A DNA stretch of 64,000 nucleotides from Haliotis rubra (Eukaryota), in assembly GCF_003918875.1 (NCBI RefSeq), contig NW_025766270.1, forward strand, positions 868,001 through 932,000, written 5' to 3'. Shown here in pieces: positions 37,297-50,800 of this stretch; the first letter of the stretch is position 1, and each line of letters opens with the position of its first letter. The notes beneath the pieces are model-generated. The model saw only the letters and a list, made by a program, of their open reading frames with translations. It did no database searches and was not told the origin of the DNA. The translations under genes and the position numbers were made by a program.

Positions 37297-40200
37297 ATGG
37301 CCGCAATGCAGACACAAACGCAGCCCATCGCCACCGGGTTGACGGGGATTTCTCCAGAAAAGACAAGGATACCTGTTGTTGCACATATCATCACAGACGA
37401 TGACATCGGCATGCTTCAGGTGAGGTTTTTCAGCAAATGACATTTGTTTACTCTTTAATGGTTTTTTCGTGACTGCGTCTTGCGAATCCCAGACGATGAC
37501 ATCGGCATGCTTCAGGTGAGGTTTTTCAGCAAATGACATTTGTTTACTCTTTAATGTTTTTTTCGTGACTGCGTCTTGCGAATCCAACTCTATGTGTTTA
37601 ATATTATCCGTGTAGTCGACAACAGCTTGTGAACATACAGACTCGTGCCAGTTATACAGTGTTCACGAATGGTGTTTCAAAGTAACAAGACATTGGGTCC
37701 TGGAAGTTTCAGATGTCTGTCTGACCCATTGAAAATTCACAGGACCCATAGAATAAAATTAAATACACATTTCAAATTTAACATTTCTCATAATTGGCAT
37801 TGAAATTATTAACAAACATAAGATTTATAAACAGCAAACAAGTGTCACATGTCACATATAACAACTTCAGTCAAAGTAGTTGTGAAATATACAGCCAGAC
37901 ACTGGGGCCGGCGGGATGTAGACTTCTGTCAGACCGTTGGCGAATCTGCCGGATTTGTCAGAGTGTCAGACACTATTCGTGAACACTGGTTATATTCGGA
38001 CACTTGACGACGTAATTTCCATACTTACATGTTATTTCAGTGTAGCATAAATAATTTTCATGAAGTGAGTTCAGAATGGATCTTTGTAAAATTTGACAGA
38101 CAAATGTGTACGTCTATGGAAAAATTAAATCAACTGTCCGAATATATCATGGGACCCTCTATTATCGCGGTAGTTAATGTTGTCGCCATCGGGATTATGA
38201 ACGGCAACTGACATTTAGCATTTTATATACATTTTCAGTTGACGGATGTTTAATCGTCATTTCTGTCACAAATAATGTGACACATAGTCGCAACTCGTTT
38301 AATACCATTGCGGCAATTCCAATTGTCTCGTTTGACCCGGAAATTGAAGCAACTCTCTATTATCGCGGTCTTGCTATTTTCTTACTATGGCACGCGGTAC
38401 AAGCAGATGACACTGTGAAACTAAGACAAGTAACGAATCTAAGTAGTTTGATCATTAAAACAAATTTAGGAATTCCATTCACATTAGTAATATGATGTTT
38501 TTAACCCAAACATCTGAAACTTCTATTCATGTGGATACAAGGTAAAAATAATGTTACAAAATATTGTTTTTCCGCCTTAAAACGTACCATACAAGTTGCT
38601 GCCGTGTGTAGGCTGAAGTTGCATAATAGGTCACTTCCTGTTATATTTTTAGCGCAGAAAATATGCAAATGACCTTATAGTTGACGCAAGATTACTGACC
38701 AAGTAAGTTTTGATTCGTGCTAGATGTGTTATGGCAGTAGGGGTCATGCTAGTTTCAAAATGTTCATGACTTACTGAAAAGATGAATGCTTTACTATTTC
38801 TACGATTAGACATGACATTCCAATGAAATAAATGACTTTTTTCAAGAGCGACGAATATATTTTACGTAATTTGCATATGTAAACAGCCGATGCAGGGCGT
38901 GTTGTTTCTGCTTTCCTGATGTTTTCGTGTGCCGCAATAATAGAGAGTCTCAGTATAACTGGCAGGGGTCTGTATTTATTACCCACATGGTCAATGTATG
39001 GGTAGTTGCGTACTAATCTTGTAAGTCAACGAGTGTCGTATCGCAATTAGGTCACATTCTGACGTAACTATTTTTTCATTCATAACAAACATGTGAATTC
39101 ATTCATTCTACAACTTAAATGCATTGTGGAAATATAAACATTGTGAACGTTGCTGTGTCGCTGTTTAATTGTGAGTCGAACTTAGACATTATATCCGTCG
39201 AAAAACATAAACGCAATGTTTCCACCAGTGATGTTAGTCGAATGAAGCAACTGGAAACCAAGAAACGAGGTGCTACGGAGAAGTTTACTGTAGGAGGCTG
39301 TACGAGGCAATGACAACTGACATGCATTGTGACGTCGGTTACCAAGGCAGTGACGTCATTACAGTGTGACGTCATGCAAATATTGTACTACAGTACAAAA
39401 CTCTTCCGCAACCTCTTTATGAAACTGGTTTTGGTTTGAAACAAAAAAAATAACAAAAATACGCTATTTTGTCAATTTAATGCATGTAAGACGTGGGTAA
39501 TAAATAAAATGCCACACTCGGTCTCATTACATACGAATTATACGAAACTTGTGACCTTCCTATGATATATCTGACCGAGCAAAAGCGAAGGACACTCGTT
39601 TAGTATAATTCGTATGTAATGAGACCTTGTGTAGCATTCTCTATGTATCACAACCCACTGAAATATGGACTATTTGAGTGTTTCTTTTACAGTAGATTGA
39701 TAGGGAATGAAACAATTAATGACTTGTGAACTTGAACTTGCTATTTATAGGTCAAGGGATATCCCCCAACTAAGTTAATCAAATTTTTTATGGTTCATAA
39801 CTTTATCTTTAATTTTTCTCTTGTGTTACTTACCGTGAAGAATTTTCTTTTGCTGTCATTTATTGTTGTCAATACCATGGGAAAAAGTACCGGAATTGTA
39901 ATTGACCAGAACTGCACTCATGTGATACTGATGTATTGGCGATAACTGTTCTCTAGCCAGTAACCGTAACCCTAACCTTAAGCTTCCCTCCGATCATGCA
40001 CAGAAAATACGTTTAGTGGTAACTGTAAAAGTAAATCTATCCTCCATTTTAATTTATAATAATTTACAGAAAATTACCATTTTGACTCATATTTATACCC
40101 CTAGTGCCTACATAAGAAGTCACCAGGTTTTGGATACTAGACAATCTGTACCCTCACAGATGCATACCCAGCCAAAATGGCTTGCATTACATACTTAGAA

Positions 40201-41803
40201 ATTGTTGTCAGATCCATGCCTGTTTTAGAGCATTTGTACTTTATTTTGCTGACCCAGACCCAAATGTGTGTGACCCGTAGCCTAATTGCTTTTAGTTTTA
40301 CCTTTATAGATCATTAAACGGGATAAAAAACATAGTTCTAATAATGTATTCAGCACTACTTACACCATGTATACATTTCTGACCTGCACAAAAAGCAATA
40401 TATTCAGTTTTCATTCACTTTACATTTCAAACATTCATTTATTTTAAATGAGCAACATTCATCATTTATGACCTTCGTTCAGTTTACATTTCAAATATTC
40501 ATGTTACATTTCCAGCTTTCATTCATTAGTTAAATATTATAGTGGGTGAATGATCAATCAAAGGAATCAAACAATGTACCAGTAACAATATTAGGTAAAA
40601 AAGTAAACTCGGTTGGCTGTGGTTGCATATATTCAAACTAGTAATTAAGTTCTTAGAAGCCGGTTGATGCAAGAGGAAGTTTTCATATTCAGTAATTTAA
40701 CTACTCGTATGTTGTTATATGAATCACAACTTTAATAAAGTTAACTGATTTTTCAAATAATATAATATTTTCATCTGGTCATTTCTGTAGTTAAAAATAA
40801 AAATGGTTAAAATTTCAAATCACATTTCCATGTTTTCCTTGTGTTTGGATTTGCTTTTATGGGTATGAGTCATCCAGTTGATTAGATACAAGTGGTTATG
40901 GGTTGTTAAACATTTGGGTACGAGTCCGTCAAAGCAGTTTGAGTACAGATGTCTGTGGGTGCAAGATGTTCAGTTTCTGTGTATTAATACTGCTGACACC
41001 CAATGTATGGAATCCTAGCACAGAAACTTGTTTGTAATAATTGTAAGTATCATATATACAGTCAGTATATACAGAGCTAGGCAAGTCAAGGATGATGAAG
41101 GATCATTGCCCTTCTAAATTATCAGTCCACAGAAGGACATATTTCGACACTTGTATTGTCAAGGATTCATTTTGTCAAGTATAATATAGAACCAGGTGGT
41201 TTATGAAAAAGTTTATTGTAAAATGTACAAGAATATGAGCTTAAAGGAAGTAGGAAGTTAAACAAGCTTATAATTGCATTAGAATTCAAGTTGGTCTTTT
41301 TCATGTTTTAAGTAATATGCATGCATAATTCCAGGGTTCCAAGCTTCAGCCTGTCAACCTTAACAGAGTCATTAAGCTGCTAACAGATCCTCACTCGGTA
41401 AGCACATCTTTATATTCCTTGAAGATCATTATTGGGATGACAGGTAGTATTACTGACGTCTGAGTGTCAGCAGTAGCTGTCGGCCAATACACCAAGCATG
41501 AGCTGTAAGGGACCGTTCATAATTTATGGCTAGGGGGGGTGATGATGATTTTTATGGGGATTCATGTACAATGTGAATGAACCCCCCTAAGATTTATGTA
41601 CAAAGTAAGTGCCCCACCCCCATCCCCTGGCGTGTCATGTACAAAATCAATGACCCCCCCACTTCCCATAATTTTTAAGCATAATGTTTTAATATTTGCA
41701 TGTACAAAATAGCTGACCCCCCCTAGAAGATGTGTGTACAAAATTGATGACCCCCTATCCTCCCAGAACAAAATGGGTGAACACCCCCCCCCCTTTAAAA
41801 TCA

Positions 41804-41846
<43 letters not shown>

Positions 41847-44800
41847 CCATAAATTATGAATGGTCCCTAATATATCAGATTTTTCTATAACAATTGAGTC
41901 CTTAGTCTTTTCTTCTGCATATAATGGCTCTATGCCTGAAACAGTTCAAGTTGGAGTAAAACTGTAACTTGCTTATGCTGTATAAGAAGTTTAAGTGTTA
42001 CTAGTAGCAATGTTCTAGCAATCTGCACTCACCTAACCTTTCAAAGTTTCAGTTTGCTAGCATGAACTTTTCATTCTGAATTCTTATCAGTTCATTTTGC
42101 TGCTCACATAATGGTAAGTATGAGTTGAGCCAAGTACATCAAAACAATGTTTACTAGACTCAATTTGTTCTGGGCCTAGATTTTTTGAAGCTCTCTTAGT
42201 GCTAAGATAATCGTAAGTGCCATACATTAACTCACGCCTATCTTAGCATAAGAGAGGTTCGAAAATCTAGGCCCTGGGACAACCTTTATTAAAAGTTAAC
42301 CTTAACTCCCATTCTTTAACATTGCACTAAGGTTACCTTAGTGACTTACGATCACCTTAGTGCTTTGTGAAAGTAGGCCCTGGACATTTCGCTTAAGTTG
42401 CTGGCTGTTCAAGTTGCTGGCTGTTCAAATTTGTATTATGGAAAGATAAGTGTTTTCATTTTTTTCTGTACTGCCCATGCTGTTACTGTTTCAGGTTATG
42501 CTTTATGATCGACATGTCCATGCCCTACAGAAGATGATTCGTCACTACCAGAAAGGTTTTGTATCCTTTGTACAGGTCCTGCTTGCACTTCATTTTGAGC
42601 ACCCTCCATTGTAGGCCTCAGTCAGGATTTGGTGTACTGTAACACTTTTAAAGAGCCAGGTTAACTATTTGAGTTGTGTTTTACTGCTGCTTGTGATATG
42701 TTGACAGGTTTTCAGGCATACTTTCCTAATAACATTGTACATTGTGATCCATACTAAAGATAGAGGTCGTTTCCATGTGGGATTACTGTCACAAAGTTTG
42801 TTGGATGATATTTCTATTAGAGATAGGATGATTTACCTATACCACAATGCATTGTGATAGATCAGGTTGCTATGCTACCATCATCCTGCATCAATTTGAA
42901 GTGATATTTTAACATATTACCCATGATTTGTGCTGTAAATTAGTCCAATGCATTTAATCCTTACATCAGTATTTTCACCAAAGTTGCAATTTATCATGAT
43001 GAGTACAATGTATCTCACTGTTATCATCCATATTTTATAAGGACTTAATGTCCCATCCTCAACAAATTAAAGAAATGTTCTGTGAGCTGAAAATAGAAAC
43101 GGTTATAATCCTTAATGACGTTCAGTTAATGAAGGAGCTAGTTCAGGTTTTCAAGATTCTCAATGTGTGTGCCGATCGTGTTGACAAGCAGCCTCTATAT
43201 GAACAGCCAATTATTGACATCCTCAAGATCTGTTCCCTTCCATACCTGAAGGAAAAGTCATCTGATGAACTGGTCTATGAACAGATTGTGGTTGAATCTG
43301 TCTCTCAACTTGGTGAGAAATTTCTTCTATTCTTGTGAAATAACAATTTGTAAATAGTTGAAAAATATTACAGCTAGACAGGTCAGCATATCGGACTTGA
43401 CTGTTCATATTCCCCAGAACATGGATTAATGTAGATGATAGTGTTTCTGTCATATGGAATATGAAATTATAACAACATCAATAACAGTTCTTCCATGCTG
43501 TCTACCAGGATGGTGTTAACAATTATACCATCAATCCCAGAGGACTGAATGTTGTGTACCTATTTGGAGTAAGTCTATACCTATTTGGAGTAAGTCTATT
43601 CCTATTTGGAGTAAGTCTATTCCTATTTGGAGTAAGTCTATTCCTATTGTACAGGTTACTTGATGAGAGTGCCAAGCACGGAGGTGAGGCAGCAGATTTG
43701 TGTCACACTGGCCAGCTTCTACTCCAAGTCCTCCAAACACCAGGAAGTACAGAGTAAGTGTTCGGGAGAGGCACTCAGTGTGCTCTGAGGAATATAGAAT
43801 TAAGCTGTGCTTGCTGAGTAAATCTGACAGTTATTTGTTCAACTTTCAAAGGCATTCTTATGATGACTTTTTTGTCACTAATTTGCAAGGATATTGAAAA
43901 CGTGATAAATTTGGGATTACACTTTCTCAGTAAAGTACAGATTCTAGTACTTATTTATTGGGTTGAATTCTGGGATTGGAACCCACACCCTCAGAGTCAG
44001 GTACCTAATCACCAGCACAAATGGCATTGTGTACTCATACTCTTATCTTGTTGATGACTGTCATTATTCAGACATTTTGGGATTACCAGGACAGATATAT
44101 CCCAATCATCCATGCTTGTTGTAAGACTAGGAGCCATCTAATGTTGATCAGTAGGACAGAACAGATCTTCTTCGACTTGACAGGTTGCATTGATAGACAG
44201 ACAGCACTCTCTTGCTCACTTACAGTTACTATTTTACATCTACTTCAGGAGTTGGAATCAGAAGGTGGTTTATCTCACTCAAGCTTCTGATGCAATAAAG
44301 TTTATGAAATATAGGGATATATTCAATAATTAATGCACTTTCTTTGTGACATTTGTAGATTTATGGACAAGCATATGCATCAAGAATTTGATGCATCTTT
44401 TCTCAAGATATGAAAAGGAGAGCAGTAGATGTTGATGAATCTGTGTATTTCAGAGCACAAGGCCTCAACAGTGGACTATAACCAGCGCATGGTGGAGAAC
44501 AGTGACATCTCCGAGACCCTCATCAAGGTGAGGAAGGAGCCTGTCACTCTCATCATCAACTCAGCACTTTCTGTTGTGTGCTTCTTATGATGATAAAATC
44601 AACCTGAGAATTAAAATTTGTTCAATGTGTTGGATATCATTATTTTCTCTCAACTAATAACTCTTGTGGAACTTAAAGCTAAAGTAATGTTAGAAATACT
44701 TGGGTTTCAACCACTATTTATTGCAAAATATTTTGTCAAGAGGTAGGGAAAGTGTATGCAATCTGTAAAAAGTCTAAAATAATTCTGCAAGGTCTACCAA

Positions 44801-47800
44801 GAATGTGTATAAGTATCTGCCATTGGTGTAATTCTTTATTTGATCTATTGTGTAGTCTCTGGCGCTCCTGGAGACTGACCTGGCTGTCAGACATGAGGTG
44901 CTGGAAGTCCTGCAGCGCTTCTCCAAAAACTCAGGTCAGTTGCAGTCATCAACTTCCACATCAACACCACTAGTCCCTTTCACAACCACATATTTACCTT
45001 CCACCCAGAACAGAACATTCCGTTTTGGATATAGTTTCTGGGTTAGTTTCTGGGTCCAGGGCAAAAGAAGCTGAACAATTCTTACAGTCATGATAAGTTC
45101 CAGAAATCCAGATCTCCAGTTTACAGGTACACATGATGTTTAGTCCTACATTAAACAATAAACTGAAAGGACATTATAAGTTATTCACTGGTCACGAGGG
45201 GAACAAGGGTTGATGTACCCTCAATGTTTCAAGGGTACATCAAGGGTACATCAACCCATGGGCCCCGAGGGACCAGTGAACAACATATTTATCTTACCGA
45301 ACACCTTAATGTTAATTTTGAATTGTTTGAAGCACGGGTACAAAACTTTTTGTAGCCATCACTAGATTTTGCAGACGACAAAAAAAAAACGATTTAGAGT
45401 TATCTCCCCTCCATCGATTTGCATTTGCAAAACATTGGTAATTTCTGTACATCATACGTTATTTAATGTTATTCGAGATAAAGAATTACTACCACGAAGT
45501 ACCAAATGAGTTCGGCATTTCCGGCGGGGTACTTAGAAAATGTTACTCGCTTGTAAGCGGGGTAAATTGAAAGTAATAGAAGAGCGCTCAGCCAATCAGA
45601 CAACAACATTTATGTGTGAGGTAAGATAAAAATAATTGTTGTGATGTTTTACATTTACCAGGTAACTGGTATGGACACACTTAGTTTCACAAAGGCACAG
45701 GTAAATTATCTGTCTGGTGCCTAATGGCGCTCATCGAAAAAAAATATGCATTTCTATCCCTGATGAGTATGAGTGATCTTGTTACAGCCAAGAACTGCGA
45801 CCAGATGTTGAGAGCAGATGGCGCCCGGCGGGTGTGTTCTCGACTCATGGATGCAGATCCGTCCGGACAGACTCTGTTCCGATCTGTAGACATTTTGTGG
45901 AATTTGCTGGAGCATGGAGACAATGCCATGATAGCTGAACAGCTCAACAACCTGGCCTGTATCAGGTGGGAATAAAGTCGTATCAAATAACAGATATTGC
46001 ATGGTTTAGGTGACAGGAAACTAGACTAATATCATGTCTTTTTCTGGTCCGTTTTGGGCGATGGGGTAGCCCAGTGGTTAAAGCTTTCGCTCATCACGCC
46101 AAAGGCCCAGGTTCGATTGCCCACATGGGTACAATGTGTGAAGCCCAATTCTGGTGTCCCCGGCCTTAATATTACTAAAACTCAACTCACTCACTCTGGT
46201 CCATTTTGGATTAGTTATAGCCTTCCTTCATGTTGCTGGAAAACTGATGAATGGGGCATTGAGTGAACCACATACAAAACAGACAGAACTCAAAACTTGT
46301 TTTTAGGGGCAAATCCATGTATAGACATGTTATACAGTATATCTCGTGTGACGGCCTGTAAAATTAATACTAGGAAAGTTTTACAAGATTGATCCGTGCA
46401 GCCTGTCATTGAAAACAAGATTAAAACTACGCGTGATATTGCTGGAATATTGCTGGAATATTGCAGACCATGGCATAAAACAAAAAACAAAACAAGATAA
46501 TATATTGAAAATGGAGATCAGCAGTAACTTTTTATGTTTTGTCATCTGCACACCAATGTCCTGGTAAACATGTTAGATGCGGGCCACCTTACTGATGCCA
46601 ACGATCTGTCGCAATGTGGTAACACAGCAACAGTAAACCATGACTCAGTCCTCTGTCTTATTGTGATGCTTCATTCTCTCTATCATCTCTGACCATCCTT
46701 TGTACAGCCAGCTGCAGGATGCCTTCATCTTTGAGCTGACCCAGGGGTACAGTCACTACGACCGCCAGCTCCGCAACGATCTCCTCATCATCGCAACTTT
46801 GGTTGCCTCACATTGTCCTGAGGCTCCATTTGTAGAGACAGGCTTCAGCAAACAGCTCACTTTGTTTGCCACCTTCCAGGAAGGTAGGTCTGGTACCAAC
46901 CAACATTCATAGTGTGATATCCCACGGTGATATACCACAAACCACAGCATGAAACAATAGATGTCTTTCAGTGGCATTTAGAAGTTGTGCATAGATGTCC
47001 AAGATATTTTTATGGATTAAACTTCTTTTTTATTCCCCTCACGACGTTTCGGGACCAAAAAAAAAGAAGTTTAATCCATAAAAATATCTTGGACATGAAA
47101 CAATAGGTTCTGAATCAGTGTTGTGATTTGTAAAGAGTTTTGATAATTAGGTAATAATTTAAACCAGAAGAGCATGGATGTAACTTCTGACACAATATCT
47201 ACACACTATTTTTAGATTCATCTACAAATGAGTTTTTCAGATTTGTTGATCAACAGGAGGTAGTACATGAAGTATAGTTTAATGAAGAGACTATACCTGA
47301 ATTATGTTAGATAGTTTGTGAGTTTGAGATAAGGTAGATTTATTTTGGCAGTAGTCAAGAGACATGCTTTGAATTTTCTGTTGGACTAAAGTACACAGCT
47401 AGTGGAAAATAATTTTCTTTTATGATTCATCCATGATTTATGTAATGTGACTACTACAAGAACACACACACTGAAACACACACACTGAAACACACACACT
47501 GACACACACACTGACACACACACTGAAACACACACACTGAAACACACACACTGAAACACAAGCACACTGAAACACACACACAAACACACACTGAAACACA
47601 CACACACTGAAACACAAGCACACTGAAACACGCACACTGAAACACACACACACTGAAACACACACACTGAAACACAAGCACACTGAAACACACACACTGA
47701 AACACACACACTGAAACACACACACTGACACACACTGAAACACACACACACTGAAACACAAGCACACTGAAACACACACACTGAAACACACACACTGAAA

Positions 47801-50800
47801 CACACACACACTGAAACACACACACTGAAACACACACACTGAAACACAAGCACACTGAAACACACACACTGAAACACACACACTGAAACACACACACTGA
47901 AACACAAACACACTGAAACACAAGCACACTGAAACACAAGCACACTGAAACACAAGCACACTGAAACACACACACTGAAACACAAGCACACTGAAACACA
48001 AGCACACTGAAACACACACACTGAAACACACACACTGAAACACAAGCACACTGTAACACAAGCACACTGAAACACAAACACAAACACACACACTGAAACA
48101 CACAAACACACACACTGAAACACACACACTGAAACACACACTGAAACACAAGCACACTGAAACACACACTGCACACTGAAACACACACACTGAAACACAC
48201 ACACTGAAACACACACACTGAAACACACACACACACACACTGAAACACACACACTGAAACACACACACTGAAACACAAGCACACTGAAACACAAGCACAC
48301 TGAAACACACTGAAACACACACACTGAAAACACACACACTGAAACACACACAAACAAACACAAGCACACACTGAAACACACACACTGAAACACAAGCACA
48401 CTGAAACACACACACTGAAACAAACACAAGCACACTGAAACACACACACTGAAACACACACTGAAACTGAAACACAAGCACACTGAAACACAAGCACACT
48501 GAAACACAAGCACACTGAAACACAAGCACACTGAAACACACACACTGAAACACACACACACTGAAACACAAGCACACTGAAACACACACACTGAAACACA
48601 CACTGAAACACACACACTGAAACACACACACTGAAACACAAGCACACTGAAACACAAGCACACTGAAACACAAGCACACTGAAACACAAGCACACTGAAA
48701 CACAAGCACACTGAAACACACACACTGAAACACAAACAAGGGACAGAAGGCTTATTCTGGTTGACTGGGGAGAGTTACCTTCACATGAATGTGTGCTGGA
48801 AAGGCCAGCTGCTGCTGTAGTAGCACCGATAATGGGATGAAACATCATAAATCATTGTGTATCAGATACTTTTCTATTTCCTATAGTCAAGGCAGAGCTT
48901 CATCTAGTATTACATACCAAGTGCCTTTTTCTGGCAAATTTGGAAGAAAAATGTGATATTGTTCAAAAATTGAATTATTTTAATGCTCTTAATGACTGTA
49001 CACAATGTATGGCTAGGGGGGTGATGATGATTTTTATGGAGAAGCAGGAACAATGTCGAAAACACACACACACACACACCCCAGTTTGTGTACAAATTAA
49101 GTGACCCCCTTCCCCCTGCATATCATGTACAAAATTGATGTACCCCTACCTTCCCAGAACCATCTCTCCACACACTACCCCCACCCCCACCCCCACCCCA
49201 CCCATCTTAAAATCACTCAATTCTGAAGAATAAGGAAACATCAAATTCACTTTTGGAATTTGTCTTTTGCTGTAGATTTTGAGCCAGATATATGCCACTG
49301 AGCAAGTCTAGATAAATCACTGCAATGGTTTTACATTTTTCTAGCACTGGTTGTGATATTGCATCTTCAATCACTCCTTTTCTTTACAGTCAAGTCTCAC
49401 AATGCACTGGTGAAGCACCTCAAGTTCTCCACGAACCATGAAGATTTTGAAATGAAGAAAGCCTTGTTTAATGTTCTTGTGATGCTGAGCCGTGATGGAG
49501 CAGTCATTCCTGTAAGTACACCACTAGGCCCACACTGTCATTGATGCAGAATTTGTGTGAGTAACAAAAGTCTTACCAACAAATGTGTCTTGGATGAGGG
49601 TCCGAACTCTTTAGTTTGTGAGAAATGTAGGAATGTCCTTTAGATATTCTTCTTCGGTATATTCATCTAGCAAGTTCACTGAGAGAACACCAATGCTTAA
49701 TATCAAAACTCATCCTAAAGCATCATTGTCTCTGTGTTTATGTGCCATATCTACTGCTGAGGGTAAGGCCAGACTGATATCATATGCTGCCTACCTTTAA
49801 TGTACCTGATGACCTTGTTTTCTACATTTCAACATCATCTGGCAGCCATGTTTTGAGTCGTAAGCAATATGCGCAGGAAGGAAATAGTGCAGGAAAATAT
49901 CTATATTTTATTTCATTCATCATCTATCTTTGGGTTGAGTTGTAAAATGTTTGATAAATGATTTGCATCTTATTTGACAGATGTTATCGGAGGGCCATCT
50001 TCTACTGGCATTGTTCTCCTACGTGCGAGCCAATGACAAGGTGAGCGGCCCACGGGAGTGGACCCCAGCTCAGTTTGAGGAGCTGCAGCTGCTGGCGATG
50101 GGGTGTCTGTGTACGCTGTGTCCGCTGATGCTGGAAGACTACATGACCTGTCAAGGCAGCACCAGACTTCTCCTGCTGCTGGAGTGGTGTGTCGGGCCAG
50201 GTAAAATACACCAGTGTTACCTTCCTTATAACAGAACAAATAAATATGTCCTCCTCAGCATTATTCTACAATTCTATAAGAACACAATGAATTAATGATT
50301 CATCCTCATGTGGTATGAGTTGTCTACAGTGCAGACATTGAAACATGTTTAATCATGTATTGTCAAACTGTGTATGTCTTCTGACTTCATACGTTTTCAG
50401 AATGTAGTGTTTACTCTTGTTACAATGAGGTAGGTTGCACCTCACAGACAATGTAAATACTTGGATTTGTGTTTAAAATAAAGTTGTCTATAATAAGCTA
50501 GTGACATGTTTCACAATTGTTCATGAGATAATCGAGAAAACAACAGATGTTCTTGATCATCCAAAATCACTTAAGATGAGGACATAGGCAACAGTACTAC
50601 ATTTAAAGAATATTGATAGTAAGCTTCATTATGAGACATCCAAATCATCTATTCTTAGGGTAAGAAAAACTTTTATTCACACACATATTGCTGTCATAAA
50701 AATACAGTGTCTGCTGAGAAATTTTTTTAATATTGAAAAAGTATTTCACAGATTTTACTCTTTGATATCTTCCAGAGGACTTTTCCGGTCATGGTAACAG

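Noticed and set aside
47386-48848. 430-460 aa Cys/Val-rich ORFs
   Set aside because: Translation of a compound microsatellite inside a CFAP69 intron; open in all three frames
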